NCBI GenBank assembly: GCA_017551095.1
Contig: JAFZMQ010000014.1
Span: forward strand, 9,972 to 73,971
DNA length: 64,000 bases
Origin: Clostridia bacterium
GTDB taxonomy: Bacteria; Bacillota; Clostridia; UBA1381
Direction of reading: 5' to 3'
Below the pieces are notes generated by a model, which saw only the letters and a program-made list of their open reading frames with translations, searched no databases and had not been told where the DNA came from. A program made the translations under genes and the position numbers. Of this stretch, positions 28,206 to 39,486 are shown piece after piece (position 1 is the first letter of the stretch; every line of letters begins with the position of its first letter).

Positions 28206-28917
28206 AAAAGTGACGGCGGAAAATGAGCTTTTTATAAAATACAAAAAAACACATGACAAAAAAATCAGAGACGAAATTTTGAGCCGTTACACTTATGTCG
28301 CAAAAATCCTTGCCTATAAATCGGCTCAGTACGGTGCTGAATTTGACGATTTGTATCAGGTTGCATGTGTGGGTATTATTCTTGCAATTGAGCGGTTTGA
28401 CCCATACAGAAATGTGCAGTTTGTGACATTTTTATCGCAGACAGTGATGGGTGAAATCCGTCATTTTTTGCGTGACAAGGTGCATCCTATTAGGCTGCCC
28501 CGAAAGCTCTATGACGCACTGTCAAAAGCAGAAATGGAAAAGATGCGTTCAGGGAATTTAACCATTTCCGAGCTTTCCGAAAAATTAGGAATACCCGAAG
28601 AAACGCTTAATGAGGCATATTCGGCGGGAGATATAAATTTTGTGAAATCGCTTGAAGCGGAAGCCTTTTCCGATACGGCACTTTCCAGCTTTTTAGGTTA
28701 TGACGACGACGGGTTTGCTTTGATAGAAAACCGCGACCTTTTGAATTATTGCATATCCAAGATGACCGAGCGTGAAAAAGCTGTTTTAACCTTACGCTTT
28801 TTTGACGGCAAAACGCAGAAGGAAACGGCAAATGCTTTGGGTATTTCGCAAATGTCGGTGTCCCGAATTGAGAAAAAAATCGCCGAAAAGATTAAAAAAG
28901 ATTTTTTAAACGCTTGA
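28195..28917 (+). CDS. Sigma-70 family RNA polymerase sigma factor (group 3; SigF/SigG/SigB-like)
   Basis: Region 2 (DLYQVACVGIILAIERFDP) and region 4 HTH (GISQMSVSRIEKKI), which resembles the SigF/G/B subfamily. Confidence 0.8.
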   Translation: MRSEKVTAENELFIKYKKTHDKKIRDEILSRYTYVAKILAYKSAQYGAEFDDLYQVACVGIILAIERFDPYRNVQFVTFLSQTVMGEIRHFLRDKVHPIRLPRKLYDALSKAEMEKMRSGNLTISELSEKLGIPEETLNEAYSAGDINFVKSLEAEAFSDTALSSFLGYDDDGFALIENRDLLNYCISKMTEREKAVLTLRFFDGKTQKETANALGISQMSVSRIEKKIAEKIKKDFLNA

Positions 28918-28942
28918 CTTTTAAGTAGCTACGCGATATAAT
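28914..28942 (+). promoter_or_regulatory. Consensus sigma-A promoter (TTGACT-17-TATAAT) driving the TPP riboswitch and thiT
   Basis: TTGACT at 28914..28919, a 17-nt spacer and TATAAT at 28937..28942. Confidence 0.7.
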
Positions 28943-28949
28943 GTGACAA

Positions 28950-29086
28950 AACTGCATACTAAGAGGGGGAGCTTGTGGACAGGCTGAGAGGGAGTTTAAA
29001 ACTCCGACCCGATAACCTGATATGGATAATGCCATCGTAGGTAATCTTGACCTTTTTGCATATCCTTTGGGTATGCTTTTTTAATT
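28950..29086 (+). ncRNA. TPP (THI-box) riboswitch with a terminator-type expression platform
   Basis: CTGAGA and ACCTGATATGGATAATGCCATCGTAGG fit the THI-box consensus. It is followed by a GCATA-N-TATGC hairpin plus T6 (29059..29086) before the thiT SD. Confidence 0.85.
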
Positions 29087-29106
29087 TATACTAAGGAGTT
29101 GTTTTT

Positions 29107-29619
29107 ATGAAAAAAACAAGAATTTTAGCAGAAATTGCGATAACCGTTGCACTGTCCTGTGTGCTTTATTTTGTGCGGCTTTGGACAATGCCGCAGGGCG
29201 GATGTGTGTCGCTTGAAATGGTGCCGATTTTATTTTTGGCATACAGGCGTGGTGCAAAAGAAGCTATTACGGCAGGTGCTATTTACGGGCTTGTTTCCAT
29301 CATCTTTGAAGGTGCTATTTATCATCCGTTATCAATCTTTTTGGACTATCTTTTCGCTTTCGGTGTACTCGGTATTGCAGGATTTTTCAAAACCAATGTT
29401 TTAGACATAGTAACAGGCTCATTTCTTGCCGTTTTGGGCAGATTTTTCTTTTCGCTTATGTCGGGAGTGTTCCTTTTTGCAAGTTATGCACCCGAGGGAC
29501 AAAACCCGTGGATTTATTCGCTCGTCTATAACGGAAGCTATATGCTCCCCGAACTTGCGATTTCAATCGCCGTTTTGGTAATACTTTACCTGTCCTCACC
29601 GAAACTGTTTGAAGCGTAA
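29107..29619 (+). CDS. thiT: ECF transporter S component, thiamine-specific (ThiT-like)
   Basis: 170 aa, 6-TM S-component architecture, directly downstream of the TPP riboswitch. Confidence 0.8.
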   Translation: MKKTRILAEIAITVALSCVLYFVRLWTMPQGGCVSLEMVPILFLAYRRGAKEAITAGAIYGLVSIIFEGAIYHPLSIFLDYLFAFGVLGIAGFFKTNVLDIVTGSFLAVLGRFFFSLMSGVFLFASYAPEGQNPWIYSLVYNGSYMLPELAISIAVLVILYLSSPKLFEA

Positions 29620-29649
29620 AAAATGCAGCTCTTAAAAGCTGCATTTTTA
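29617..29649. terminator. Bidirectional terminator (thiT and mnmA converge)
   Basis: ATGCAGCT-cttaaa-AGCTGCAT with flanking A and T runs. Confidence 0.8.
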
Positions 29650-29653
29650 ATAT

Positions 29654-30718
29654 TTACATAATTGTTCCGCCGCCGATTACGGTGTCGCCGTCATAGATGA
29701 CCGCCGCCTGACCTTTGGCTATCGCCCTTTGAGGCGTTTCAAACTCGATATGGACGCTATCCTCGCCCGTAACTGTGATTTTTGCCGGTTCTTCCGTTTG
29801 ATTATAGCGGATTTTTACCTTTGCCGAAAAGCTTTCGGGCGGGGTATCGAAGGCAATCCAATTTACATCATTTACATCAAGCTCTTTTGAGAAAAGCTCA
29901 CAGTTTTTGCAAAGGACAACCTCATTTTTTTCAATATCCTTTTTTAAGACGTACATAGGCTCCGGAAGGCTTAATCCCAAGCCCTTTCTCTGTCCTATTG
30001 TATATCGTATAATTCCTTTATGTGTTCCTAAAATATTGCCGTTCTTATCAACAAAGTTTCCGTTTTCATAGCTTTTTTTGCGGTAGTTTTCAATAAATTT
30101 TGCATAGTCACCGTCCGGGACAAAGCAGATATCCTGACTATCGTGCTTTTTTGCGTTGACAAACCCGTTTTCCTCCGCGATTTTGCGTGTTTCCTCTTTT
30201 TTTAGATTCCCGAGAGGAAAAAGAGTATGTGAAAGTTGTTCCTGCGTCATCCGGTAAAGCACATAGCTCTGGTCTTTACTTAAATCTTTCGCTTTTTTAA
30301 GCAGAAATCTTCCGTTTTCCTCTTCAATCCTCGCATAGTGTCCCGTTACAACATAGTCAAACCCAAGCTCTTTCATTCTTTGAAACAGCTTTTCAAATTT
30401 CAGGTACCTGTTACAGTCTATGCACGGATTTGGCGTAGCACCCGTTTCATAGGAATTTACAAATTTTTCTATTACCTTTTTCTCAAATTCATCGGTGAAA
30501 TTGAATACATAATGCGGCATTTCAAGTCTTTTTGCAACACTTTTTGCATCCTCAACATCATCTAAGGAGCAACAGCTTTTTTCGGGATTTATCCCGATTT
30601 CTTCATTTGTAAAAAGACGCATTGTCGCACCTATGCACTCATATCCGTCCTTTTTCATAAGGTATGCCGCAACAGAAGAATCAACTCCGCCACTCATTGC
30701 TATAATTGCTTTTTTCAT
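29654..30718 (-). CDS. mnmA: tRNA-specific 2-thiouridylase
   Basis: PP-loop SGGVDSSV and the MnmA catalytic Cys residues. 354 aa. Confidence 0.92.
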   Translation of the reverse strand: MKKAIIAMSGGVDSSVAAYLMKKDGYECIGATMRLFTNEEIGINPEKSCCSLDDVEDAKSVAKRLEMPHYVFNFTDEFEKKVIEKFVNSYETGATPNPCIDCNRYLKFEKLFQRMKELGFDYVVTGHYARIEEENGRFLLKKAKDLSKDQSYVLYRMTQEQLSHTLFPLGNLKKEETRKIAEENGFVNAKKHDSQDICFVPDGDYAKFIENYRKKSYENGNFVDKNGNILGTHKGIIRYTIGQRKGLGLSLPEPMYVLKKDIEKNEVVLCKNCELFSKELDVNDVNWIAFDTPPESFSAKVKIRYNQTEEPAKITVTGEDSVHIEFETPQRAIAKGQAAVIYDGDTVIGGGTIM

Positions 30719-30735
30719 ACTACTTTAAATCCATC

Positions 30736-31674
30736 TTAAACATACGAAACAATAGCTTCACAAGTTCCTGTAACCGTTGCCACGCCGTTTTGTGCGGGAA
30801 TAAATATGCTATCGCCCTTTTTAATATCAAGCTCACTATCCCCTACTTTTAGCTTGGCTTCTCCCGAAAGCACAATTACAGAGCGGAAGCAGTTTTTATT
30901 TAGTTTTATATCGCACGTGCCGTGGCAGTCAAATTTTTCTACCGTGAAATACTTGCATTTTGCAAGTATTTTTTCATTTTCCGTTTCATACGGCTTTGCC
31001 GGTGCAAGAGTTGTTACTTCAAGTGCCTTTTCGATATGTAATTCCCTTGCATTTCCGTTTTTGTCACGGCGGTCATAATCGTAAACACGGTATGTTTTAT
31101 TTGAGTTTTGCTGAACTTCGCAGATAAATGCACCTTTTCCGATTGCGTGAATTGTGCCTGATTCTATGAAGAATACATCACCTTTTTTTATTTCCACTTT
31201 ATTTAAAACTTCCAAAAGGGTATTATTCTCAATACGCTCTTTAAATTCTTCCTTAGATATGGTTTTTGAGAAGCCGTAATACAAAAATGCGTCCTTTTCA
31301 CAGTCAACAACATACCACATTTCCGTTTTTCCGTATTCGCCCTCATATTTTAATGCATAGTCATCTGACGGGTGAACCTGAACAGAAAGATTGTCCGCCG
31401 CATCAATAAGTTTTATTAAAATAGGGAAAAATTCAAACTTTTCCGCATTTTCCCCGATACAGCCTTTCCCGTTTCTTTCTATATACTGCGAAAAGGAGAG
31501 AGAATCAAATTTCCCTCCCGATATAACGCTTTCTCCGTCCTTATGTGCCGAAAGCTCCCAGCTCTCAGCTACTTTTTCAAGATTCCCGCCCTTTCCAAAC
31601 TCCGTTTTGAGCCTTGTTCCGCCCCAAATATAGTCCTTGCAGGTGGGCAAAAGTTTTACAGGTGATAAGTTCAT
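30736..31674 (-). CDS. manA: Mannose-6-phosphate isomerase, class I (Bacillus pmi type)
   Basis: Cupin-type PMI with the YIWGG motif near the N-terminus. 312 aa. Confidence 0.85.
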   Translation of the reverse strand: MNLSPVKLLPTCKDYIWGGTRLKTEFGKGGNLEKVAESWELSAHKDGESVISGGKFDSLSFSQYIERNGKGCIGENAEKFEFFPILIKLIDAADNLSVQVHPSDDYALKYEGEYGKTEMWYVVDCEKDAFLYYGFSKTISKEEFKERIENNTLLEVLNKVEIKKGDVFFIESGTIHAIGKGAFICEVQQNSNKTYRVYDYDRRDKNGNARELHIEKALEVTTLAPAKPYETENEKILAKCKYFTVEKFDCHGTCDIKLNKNCFRSVIVLSGEAKLKVGDSELDIKKGDSIFIPAQNGVATVTGTCEAIVSYV

Positions 31675-31691
31675 AATACCACTCCCAAAAA

Positions 31692-31946
31692 TTATTCTTC
31701 ATCAATTTTTGCACAAACCGTCTTTGATGTTACGCCCGAAAGTTTGCCGATTTTGCCCGACAATGCGTTTATTACGTCGCCGGGTGCGTCAATCGCAATG
31801 CTTATTATCGAAACATCACGCTTTTTATACGGAATTCCCATTCTGCCGATTATAAAGTCGGCATATTCGTGCAAAATTGCATTAAGATTGCTTATTTCAT
31901 CAAAGTTTTCTACCACTATTCCTATTAAAGCAACTTTATTTTCCAT
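31692..31946 (-). CDS. Small ACT/NikR-C-like regulatory protein (TM1266-like, 'iron-only hydrogenase system regulator' family)
   Basis: 84 aa (IGIVVEN...IIGRMGIPY...SGKIGKL) resembling the TIGR03959-type small proteins. The assignment is from memory of that family. Confidence 0.45.
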   Translation of the reverse strand: MENKVALIGIVVENFDEISNLNAILHEYADFIIGRMGIPYKKRDVSIISIAIDAPGDVINALSGKIGKLSGVTSKTVCAKIDEE

Positions 31947-31963
31947 TTTAGTATAACTCCTTT

Positions 31964-33661
31964 TTACATGTTCTCAACTGTTTCTATTCCCAGTAAGTAA
32001 AGTGCCGATTTTATTACCGCGCAGACTGCTTTTACTATCATAAGTCTTGCATTTTTCACATTTTCCGGTATGCCCTCCTTTAAAATCGGGCAGGAAACAT
32101 AAAACTTATTGAACTGCCTTGCAAGATTTGTAACATATCTGTTTACATAAAACGGCTCATTCTTTTCGGCAGAAAGCAAAACTGCATCATAAAATCCCGA
32201 AAGCATTGTAACCAGTGCATATTCATCAGGAGATGTAACAGCGGAAAAATCGGCATTTTCGTCAATTTCTCCTGCTCGGCGTAAAATACTCCTGCCTCTT
32301 GCATAGCTATACTGCACATACGGTGCTGATTCGCCGTCAAAATCAAGCATACTGTCCCAACTGAAAATAATGTCTTTTTCACGCGAATTTTTGAGGAAAG
32401 TATAGAGTACCGCACCGATACCGACTTTTTTAGAAACCTCGTCTTTATTCTCCATATCGGGCGTATTCTTTTCGATTATTTCCCGCGTTTTGCTTACCGC
32501 CTCATTTAAAACATCTTCCAAAAATACCACATCACCGTGACGGGTTGACAGCTTTTTATCAGGGAATTTAACTAACCCGAAATTTACATGCTCACAACCT
32601 TTTGCCCAATCCCAACCTGCCTTTTCCATAACTGCAAAAATCTGTTGGAAATGAAGTGCCTGTGCCGTTCCTACAACATATATATTTTTATAAAAATCGT
32701 ATGTTCTATGACGGTAAAGTGCCGCCGCAATATCACGGGTTGCATATATCGTCGCACCGTCCGACTTCAAAATTATGCATGGCGGTATATTAAGCTCGGA
32801 TAAATCTACAACTTTTGCTCCGTCGCTTTCGGTTAAAAGCCCTTTATCCTGCAAAATTTCAACAACTTCGGGCATTTTGTCCGAATAAAAGCTCTCGCCG
32901 TTATAGGAATCAAAATTGACGCCAAGCATATCATAAACACGCTCAAATTCCTTTAAGCTGAGGTCACGGAATTTTTGCCACAGTGCCGTTTCTTCCTCCG
33001 CTCCGTCCTCCAAGCGTTTAAAATGCTCCCTTGCCGTAACTTCAAGCTCAGGATTCTTTTCCGCTTCTTCATGGAATTTTACATATATCCGCAAAAGTTC
33101 GCCGATTGCGTCCTTTTGGATAGCCTCGTCGTCACCCCAAAGCTTATATGCACATATCAGTTTTCCGAACTGCGTTCCCCAATCGCCAAGGTGGTTTAGT
33201 CTTGTTACATTATATCCCAAAAAATCGTAAATCCTTGCAAGAGAATGACCGAGTGCAGTCGTGAAAAGATGCCCGATATGGAAAGGCTTTGCAATATTAG
33301 GAGATGAATATTCTACTAAAACCGTCTTTTTTTCGCCAAAATCGCTTTTTGCGTAATTCTCGCCTTTTTCCAAAACCTCGTCTATTACCGATTTTGTAAA
33401 TTCCGCCTTATTATAAAAGAAATTCAGGTATCCGCCGACGGCTTCTGCTTTTTCGATATACATATCCCCTGCAAATTTTTCTGAAAGCTCTTTTGCGATA
33501 ATCTGCGGTGCTTTACGCATAGTTTTTGCAAGTGTGAAGCACGGGAATGCCAAATCGCCTAACTTTTGCTCGGGGGGTGTTTCTATTAGTTTTTTTATTT
33601 CTGCAATATCAATACCTGAAAGCTCAGATATTTTTTTTGCCGTATAATCCTTATAGTCCAT
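31964..33661 (-). CDS. argS: Arginine--tRNA ligase
   Basis: Class I HIGH (PFHIGHL) and the DALR anticodon-binding domain. The probable start is MDYKDY (33661) rather than the upstream Met. Confidence 0.92.
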   Translation of the reverse strand: MDYKDYTAKKISELSGIDIAEIKKLIETPPEQKLGDLAFPCFTLAKTMRKAPQIIAKELSEKFAGDMYIEKAEAVGGYLNFFYNKAEFTKSVIDEVLEKGENYAKSDFGEKKTVLVEYSSPNIAKPFHIGHLFTTALGHSLARIYDFLGYNVTRLNHLGDWGTQFGKLICAYKLWGDDEAIQKDAIGELLRIYVKFHEEAEKNPELEVTAREHFKRLEDGAEEETALWQKFRDLSLKEFERVYDMLGVNFDSYNGESFYSDKMPEVVEILQDKGLLTESDGAKVVDLSELNIPPCIILKSDGATIYATRDIAAALYRHRTYDFYKNIYVVGTAQALHFQQIFAVMEKAGWDWAKGCEHVNFGLVKFPDKKLSTRHGDVVFLEDVLNEAVSKTREIIEKNTPDMENKDEVSKKVGIGAVLYTFLKNSREKDIIFSWDSMLDFDGESAPYVQYSYARGRSILRRAGEIDENADFSAVTSPDEYALVTMLSGFYDAVLLSAEKNEPFYVNRYVTNLARQFNKFYVSCPILKEGIPENVKNARLMIVKAVCAVIKSALYLLGIETVENM

Positions 33662-34970
33662 TTTCATTCCTTTCTTGGAGTGCATTTTTTACCGTTTCAA
33701 TTGCACGTTCTGCAATTTTTAAATAGCGTTCCTGTTTATTTTTAATCCTATAATCAAGAGGTTCGATTATGCCGAAATTCGCATTCATAGGTTGGAATTT
33801 TTTTATAGATTCATCACTTATGTAAAGCGGAAGTGAGCCTACCATCGTTTTCCTGTCCGGCTCAAAAAACTGCTTATTTAAAAGCATTTTTGCCATATTA
33901 TATCCAGCTAAAATCCCTGATGACGCGGATTCCACATATCCCTCAACGCCCGTTATCTGACCTGCAAAAAATATATTGGGATACTCCCGCATTTGATAAT
34001 ATTTATTAAGCAATCTCGGCGAATTAAGATATGTGTTTCGGTGCATAATGCCGTAGCGGACAAACTCTGCGTTTGAAAGCCCCGGTATCATTGAAAATAC
34101 ACGCTTTTGTTCGCCCCATTTTAAGTTGGTCTGAAAGCCTACAATATTATAAAGCGTACCCTCGCGATTATCCTGCCGCAGCTGAACAACCGCATAACTA
34201 TCGTCTTTTTCTGTTTTCGGATTAACCAATCCGACAGGCTTTAACGGTCCGAAAAGGAGTGTTTTTTCGCCCCGTTTTGCCATAACCTCAACAGGCATAC
34301 AACCCTCAAAAACCTCTGCTCCCTCAAAATCCTTTAAAGGCACTGTTTGGGCATTTACAAGCTCATTATAAAATGCATCATATTCATCTTTTGTCATAGG
34401 ACAGTTTATATAATCGTCCGTTCCACGCCCGTACCTGCTGCCGTAAAAGACCTTGTCCATATCAATGCTGTCCTTCGCGACTATCGGTGCAGCCGCGTCA
34501 AAAAAGTAGAGTCCGCTGCTTTTGGTGAGCCTTGATATTTCGTCTGCAAGTTCCGTTGATGTCAGCGGCCCTGTTGCGATTATAGTCGGAACAGCCGTAT
34601 CTATTTTTGTGACTTCTTCGTTTATGACTGTAATCAGCGGATTTTCACGAATCAGTTTTGTTGCCGTCTTAGAAAAAAGCTCCCTGTCAACCGCAAATGC
34701 TCCCCCTGCCGCTACTTTGCTTTTATCTGCCGAACGCATCATCACCGAATCAAAAAGCCGCATTTCCGCTTTTAACAGTCCACAGGCATTTTCAATTCTC
34801 TCCGCTTTTAATGAATTTGAGCATACAAGCTCACAAAAATCCTCGCTTTTATGTGCAGGAGAATATTTTTTCGGTTTCATCTCGAAAAGTTCAACCGAAA
34901 TACCGAATTTTGTAAGTTGCCAAGCCGCTTCACAACCTGCAAGTCCTGCTCCTATTACCCGAACTGTCAT
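33651..34970 (-). CDS. trmFO: Methylenetetrahydrofolate--tRNA-(uracil54-C5)-methyltransferase, FAD-dependent
   Basis: N-terminal FAD-binding motif ([15 protein letters not shown]). 439 aa, Gid/TrmFO family. Confidence 0.9.
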   Translation of the reverse strand: MTVRVIGAGLAGCEAAWQLTKFGISVELFEMKPKKYSPAHKSEDFCELVCSNSLKAERIENACGLLKAEMRLFDSVMMRSADKSKVAAGGAFAVDRELFSKTATKLIRENPLITVINEEVTKIDTAVPTIIATGPLTSTELADEISRLTKSSGLYFFDAAAPIVAKDSIDMDKVFYGSRYGRGTDDYINCPMTKDEYDAFYNELVNAQTVPLKDFEGAEVFEGCMPVEVMAKRGEKTLLFGPLKPVGLVNPKTEKDDSYAVVQLRQDNREGTLYNIVGFQTNLKWGEQKRVFSMIPGLSNAEFVRYGIMHRNTYLNSPRLLNKYYQMREYPNIFFAGQITGVEGYVESASSGILAGYNMAKMLLNKQFFEPDRKTMVGSLPLYISDESIKKFQPMNANFGIIEPLDYRIKNKQERYLKIAERAIETVKNALQERNENGL

Positions 34971-37039
34971 TTTGCCGATTTCCTCTCCGGCTTTCTTTCA
35001 TAACTGCACTTTTCATTTACGCAGTAAATTTTAGAATTTTTACCCTTGCGTTCAAGTAAAATACCGCCACAATTCGGGCAAGTTTCATTTTTTATCGGTT
35101 TATCCCAAACCATAAAATCACATTTGGGATTATTCTCACACCCGTAATAATTTCTGCCCTTTCTTGTCTTTTTAACAAGTATTTCTCCGCCGCATTTAGG
35201 GCATTTTACACCTGTTTCATTCCTGATGGACATTGTGTTTTTACACTCAGGATAACCGGGACATGCCAAGAATTTTCCGAATTTGCCGATTTTATAAACC
35301 ATCTTTCTGCCGCATTTTTCACATACGACATCAGATTCTTCGTCCTTTATCTTAACCTTTTCAATTGCCTTTTGTGCTTTTTTAAGATTTTCCTCAAACT
35401 CCGGATAAAACTCCGAAAGCACCTTTATCCACGACAGTTTTCCGTCCTCAACCTCGTCGAGCTTCTTTTCCATACCTGCCGTAAATTCAATATCCACAAT
35501 ATCATCAAAGTAGTTTTTCATAATATCGGTAGTTATTCTGCCAAGCTCTGTCGGGACAAGTTGTTTTTTTATACGGCGGACATAGCCCCTCGACACAATC
35601 GTAGTGATTGTGGGAGCGTAGGTACTTGGTCTGCCTATACCGTTTTCTTCCAATGCGTGAACCAATCCTGCCTCTGTGTACCTTGCGGGTGGTTTTGTAA
35701 AATGCTGATTTGCCTCGATTTTTGAAACCTCCGCAGTTTCACCTGTTTTTATTTCAGGAAGTGCTTTATCCTTATCTTTTACCTCGTCGCTACCCTCCTG
35801 ATACACACTCATAAATCCCTTAAACAGAAGTTTTGTGCCACTTGCACGGAAAGTATGCGTTCCGCTTTCCAAAACCGCATTTTGCGTTTCGTAAAGTGCC
35901 GCAGACATCTGACTTGCCGCAAACCGCTCCCAAATCAGCTTATATAGCTTATATTGGTCGTTTGTGAGCTTATCACGGACTTTTTCGGGCAAAATATTTA
36001 TGCTTGTAGGTCTTATTGCTTCGTGAGCATCCTGTGCGTTTCTGCCCGTTTTATACTGCCTTGGTTTTACATATTCTTTTCCGTAATTTTCGTTAAGGTA
36101 AGCTATTGCCTCTCTTTGTGCTTCAACCGAAATTCTTAAAGAGTCGGTTCTCATATAGGTTATTAAGCCTATCGTTCCGTATTTTCCGCCAATATTTACA
36201 CCTTCATAAAGAGTCTGTGCCGTCTGCATTGTTTTTGCAGTTGCAAAACCGAGTTTTCTTGATGCGTCCTGTTGTAATGTACTTGTTGTGAAGGGCGGCG
36301 GCGGATTTTTTGTAATATCCCCTATTTTAACCGATTTTACGGTAAGTGCCGTTATATCGTTTTTTATTTTTTCCGCATCTTCACGGCAGGTAAGCCCTGT
36401 TTCTTTCCCGTTTTCACCATAGTATTTTGCTATAAATTCCTTTTTGCCGTGTTTTAAAACCGCTTCAACAGTCCAAAATTCCTTTGGGTCGAAATTCTCA
36501 ATTTCGTCCTCCCGGTCACAAATCATTCTTGTTGCTACCGACTGCACTCTACCGGCACTTAACCCTCTTTTTACCTTTTCCCACAAAATAGGGCTGATTT
36601 TATAGCCAACAACTCTGTCTAAAACCCTTCGTGCCTGTTGTGCATTGACTAAGTCCATATCAATCTTTCTGGGCTCTTTTATTGATGTTTTAACCGCATT
36701 TTGCGTTATCTCGTTGAAAGTTACACGACAAGCGGATTCCTCCGGTATCCCCAAAACTCTTGCAAGATGCCAACTTATTGCCTCACCCTCTCGGTCAGGG
36801 TCGGTTGCAAGATAGACTTTATCAGCCGATTTTGCTGTCTTTTTAAGCTTTGTCAAAAGGTCGCCTTTGCCCCTTATTGTTATATATTTCGGCTCAAAAT
36901 TATTAGAAACATCTACCCCAAGCTGACTTTTGGGAAGGTCAATAATATGCCCCATAGATGCGGTCACTTCATAATCTTTTCCTAAATACTTTTTAATCGT
37001 CCCAGCCTTTGCAGGTGACTCCACTATAAGCAGTTTCAT
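34967..37039 (-). CDS. topA: DNA topoisomerase I
   Basis: TOPRIM domain (LIVESPAKA), Topo IA core and C-terminal Zn-ribbon repeats (CxxC pairs). The likely start is MKLLIV (37039), with GGAGGAG 5 nt upstream. Confidence 0.93.
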   Translation of the reverse strand: MKLLIVESPAKAGTIKKYLGKDYEVTASMGHIIDLPKSQLGVDVSNNFEPKYITIRGKGDLLTKLKKTAKSADKVYLATDPDREGEAISWHLARVLGIPEESACRVTFNEITQNAVKTSIKEPRKIDMDLVNAQQARRVLDRVVGYKISPILWEKVKRGLSAGRVQSVATRMICDREDEIENFDPKEFWTVEAVLKHGKKEFIAKYYGENGKETGLTCREDAEKIKNDITALTVKSVKIGDITKNPPPPFTTSTLQQDASRKLGFATAKTMQTAQTLYEGVNIGGKYGTIGLITYMRTDSLRISVEAQREAIAYLNENYGKEYVKPRQYKTGRNAQDAHEAIRPTSINILPEKVRDKLTNDQYKLYKLIWERFAASQMSAALYETQNAVLESGTHTFRASGTKLLFKGFMSVYQEGSDEVKDKDKALPEIKTGETAEVSKIEANQHFTKPPARYTEAGLVHALEENGIGRPSTYAPTITTIVSRGYVRRIKKQLVPTELGRITTDIMKNYFDDIVDIEFTAGMEKKLDEVEDGKLSWIKVLSEFYPEFEENLKKAQKAIEKVKIKDEESDVVCEKCGRKMVYKIGKFGKFLACPGYPECKNTMSIRNETGVKCPKCGGEILVKKTRKGRNYYGCENNPKCDFMVWDKPIKNETCPNCGGILLERKGKNSKIYCVNEKCSYERKPERKSAK

Positions 37040-37050
37040 ATGCTCCTCCA

Positions 37051-38217
37051 TTAAATGTTTAGTTTGTAGTTATTCCCTGGAATCTTTTTTATATATCCGC
37101 CAAATTCCAGCATTGACAGTATCGGAGTGAGTTTTGAAATCTCAATGCCGCTCCGCCTTGTCAGTTCATCAATATGCATACTTGACTCAATTAAAAGCTC
37201 CGCAATCGTCCTTTCATCATCTGAAAGCGATTGATATTTTTTATCGTCTAACGAAATTTTCATCTCGTTATTTATTTTTTTATGCGGATCTTTATTTATC
37301 AATGCCTTAAATATATTTTTTTTAGGCTTTTCTATGTTTAAGCGGTTTATCTCATACGAATATTCGTCTAAAATATCCTGTCCGCATGTTACCGCCTTTG
37401 CGTTCATTCCCAAAATCCCATTTGTACCTGCACTTGTCGGATTAAAGATACTGCCGGGGACTGAAAACAAATCACGACCTGCGTCAACAGCATAGTTTGC
37501 AGTAATCAAAGCTCCGCTTTTTTTCGGTGCTTCGGTAACCAGAACGCCTCGCGACAAGCCGCTTATTATCCTGTTCCTTTCCGGAAAATGTATTTTAAGC
37601 GGCTCTGAGCCTATCGGATATTCGCTTATTACAGCACCGCTTTTCATTATCTCATTCATAAGCGACTGATTTTCAGCAGGATATGCTTTTTCCACACCGC
37701 AGCCTAAAACGGCAATTGTTTTACCGCCTACCGAAAGTGCCGAGCGTGCGGCAACCGAATCAATGCCCCTTGCCATACCGCTTACTATTGTTACACCGCT
37801 TTCTGCAAGTTCGGTGCAAATTTTCTTTGTTGCGGCGATACCGTAATCGGTAGCATTTCTTGTGCCAACAACGCCTATCATCAAAAGCCTGTCCCAATTA
37901 GGAATCTCGCCACGCAAATACAGGACATACGGCGGATTTGCTATAAACCGCAGTGTATCGGGATAGTTTATGCTATCAAAGGTTATGACCTTTGCGCCGA
38001 CGGATTTTGCCGCTTCAAGCATCCTTTTCGCTTCTTTTAAGTCCTTATTTTTAAGTTTTGATTTTACAGAAGGTTTTATGCCTATAATGTTGTCATATTT
38101 TTCTGCTTTATACACATCTTCGGCAGAATCAAATACTTCCAAAAGTGCCGTTATATCGTAACCTGTTATGCCGTCAATGGCAATAAGCCAAAGCCAAAAC
38201 AGTTCTTTTTCCAACAT
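37051..38217 (-). CDS. dprA: DNA-processing protein DprA (Smf)
   Basis: DprA Rossmann domain (GMARGIDS) with a C-terminal winged helix. The probable start is the internal MLEKE (38217). Confidence 0.88.
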   Translation of the reverse strand: MLEKELFWLWLIAIDGITGYDITALLEVFDSAEDVYKAEKYDNIIGIKPSVKSKLKNKDLKEAKRMLEAAKSVGAKVITFDSINYPDTLRFIANPPYVLYLRGEIPNWDRLLMIGVVGTRNATDYGIAATKKICTELAESGVTIVSGMARGIDSVAARSALSVGGKTIAVLGCGVEKAYPAENQSLMNEIMKSGAVISEYPIGSEPLKIHFPERNRIISGLSRGVLVTEAPKKSGALITANYAVDAGRDLFSVPGSIFNPTSAGTNGILGMNAKAVTCGQDILDEYSYEINRLNIEKPKKNIFKALINKDPHKKINNEMKISLDDKKYQSLSDDERTIAELLIESSMHIDELTRRSGIEISKLTPILSMLEFGGYIKKIPGNNYKLNI

Positions 38218-38348
38218 TTTCACTCCTAAATTAAAGCATTTCCTATATACCATACTACAAAATTTTCCGATTGTCAAAGATTTTTTTACTAAAATATAAA
38301 TTTTCTTACCTATTTAATACAAAAAATCGGTATTTTTTGATACCGATT

Positions 38349-39470
38349 TTATTTTGTTTCAAGCTGACCCAAACTTGCGGCTTTTAAATATGCGTTTATA
38401 AATCCGTTTAAATCGCCGTCCATAACGGCACCGATATTGCCCATTTCAAAGCCTGTTCGATGGTCTTTAACCAAATTATATGGGTGGAAAACATAGGAGC
38501 GGATTTGACTGCCCCAGGCAATTTCCTTTTGAACACCCTTTATATCTTCAATCTTCTCCTTTTGCTGCTGCTCGGCGATTTCCGCAAGTTTTGCTTTTAA
38601 CATCTTCATTGCGTAATCCTTATTTTGATGCTGGGAACGCTGCGTCTGGCAGGAAGTCACAATCCCTGTCGGGATATGCGTTATTCTAACAGCAGAATCG
38701 GTTTTATTGATATGCTGACCGCCTGCACCTGAGGAACGGTATGTATCTACCTTTATATCCTCCGGGCGTATATTTATTTCAATTTCATCATCAATCTCGG
38801 GCATAACCTCGATTGATGCAAAGGATGTATGCCGCCTTCCCGACGCGTCAAACGGCGAAATTCTTACCAAGCGGTGTACGCCCTTTTCGGCTTTTAAATA
38901 CCCATATGCATTAAGTCCGTTTATCGAAATTGTCGCACTTTTAACACCCGCGTCGTCACCAGGTAAAATATCGATAGTTTCTACCGAATATCCGTTCTTT
39001 TGTGCGTACATCTGGTACATTCTCATTAGCATTTCTACCCAATCCTGTGCCTCTGTGCCACCCGCACCTGCATGGAAAGTCATAATTGCGTTACATCTGT
39101 CATAATTGCCTGAAAGCAAGGTTTCAAGCGTCATTTTTTCGACATTTTCGGTTATTTCCGAAACAGTTTTCTTTATCTCTGGAAGCATTGTTTCGTCATT
39201 TTCCTCATTAGCAAGGTCAATTAAAACAAGTGCGTCCTCCCATTGAATTTTTAAGTTTTCATATGCCGAAACTTTGTCCTTTAATTGCTTTGTTTTTTGC
39301 AAAACTTTTTGGGAGTTTTCCATATCATCCCAAAAATCCTGCGACTCCGCCTCTTTTTCAAGCTCGGAAATTTTTTCCTTTTTGCCCGAAATATCAAGCG
39401 ACGCCTCTAAATCATTTATTCCCTTTTCAAGCTCCAAAAGCTCCTGCTTATACTGCTCATATTCTAACAT
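38349..39470 (-). CDS. prfB: Peptide chain release factor 2 (single ORF, no programmed +1 frameshift)
   Basis: SPF and GGQ motifs. The usual frameshift site is replaced by an in-frame CTT GAT (ASLDISG). Confidence 0.9.
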   Translation of the reverse strand: MLEYEQYKQELLELEKGINDLEASLDISGKKEKISELEKEAESQDFWDDMENSQKVLQKTKQLKDKVSAYENLKIQWEDALVLIDLANEENDETMLPEIKKTVSEITENVEKMTLETLLSGNYDRCNAIMTFHAGAGGTEAQDWVEMLMRMYQMYAQKNGYSVETIDILPGDDAGVKSATISINGLNAYGYLKAEKGVHRLVRISPFDASGRRHTSFASIEVMPEIDDEIEINIRPEDIKVDTYRSSGAGGQHINKTDSAVRITHIPTGIVTSCQTQRSQHQNKDYAMKMLKAKLAEIAEQQQKEKIEDIKGVQKEIAWGSQIRSYVFHPYNLVKDHRTGFEMGNIGAVMDGDLNGFINAYLKAASLGQLETK

Positions 39471-39486
39471 ATGATTTTCCTTTCAA

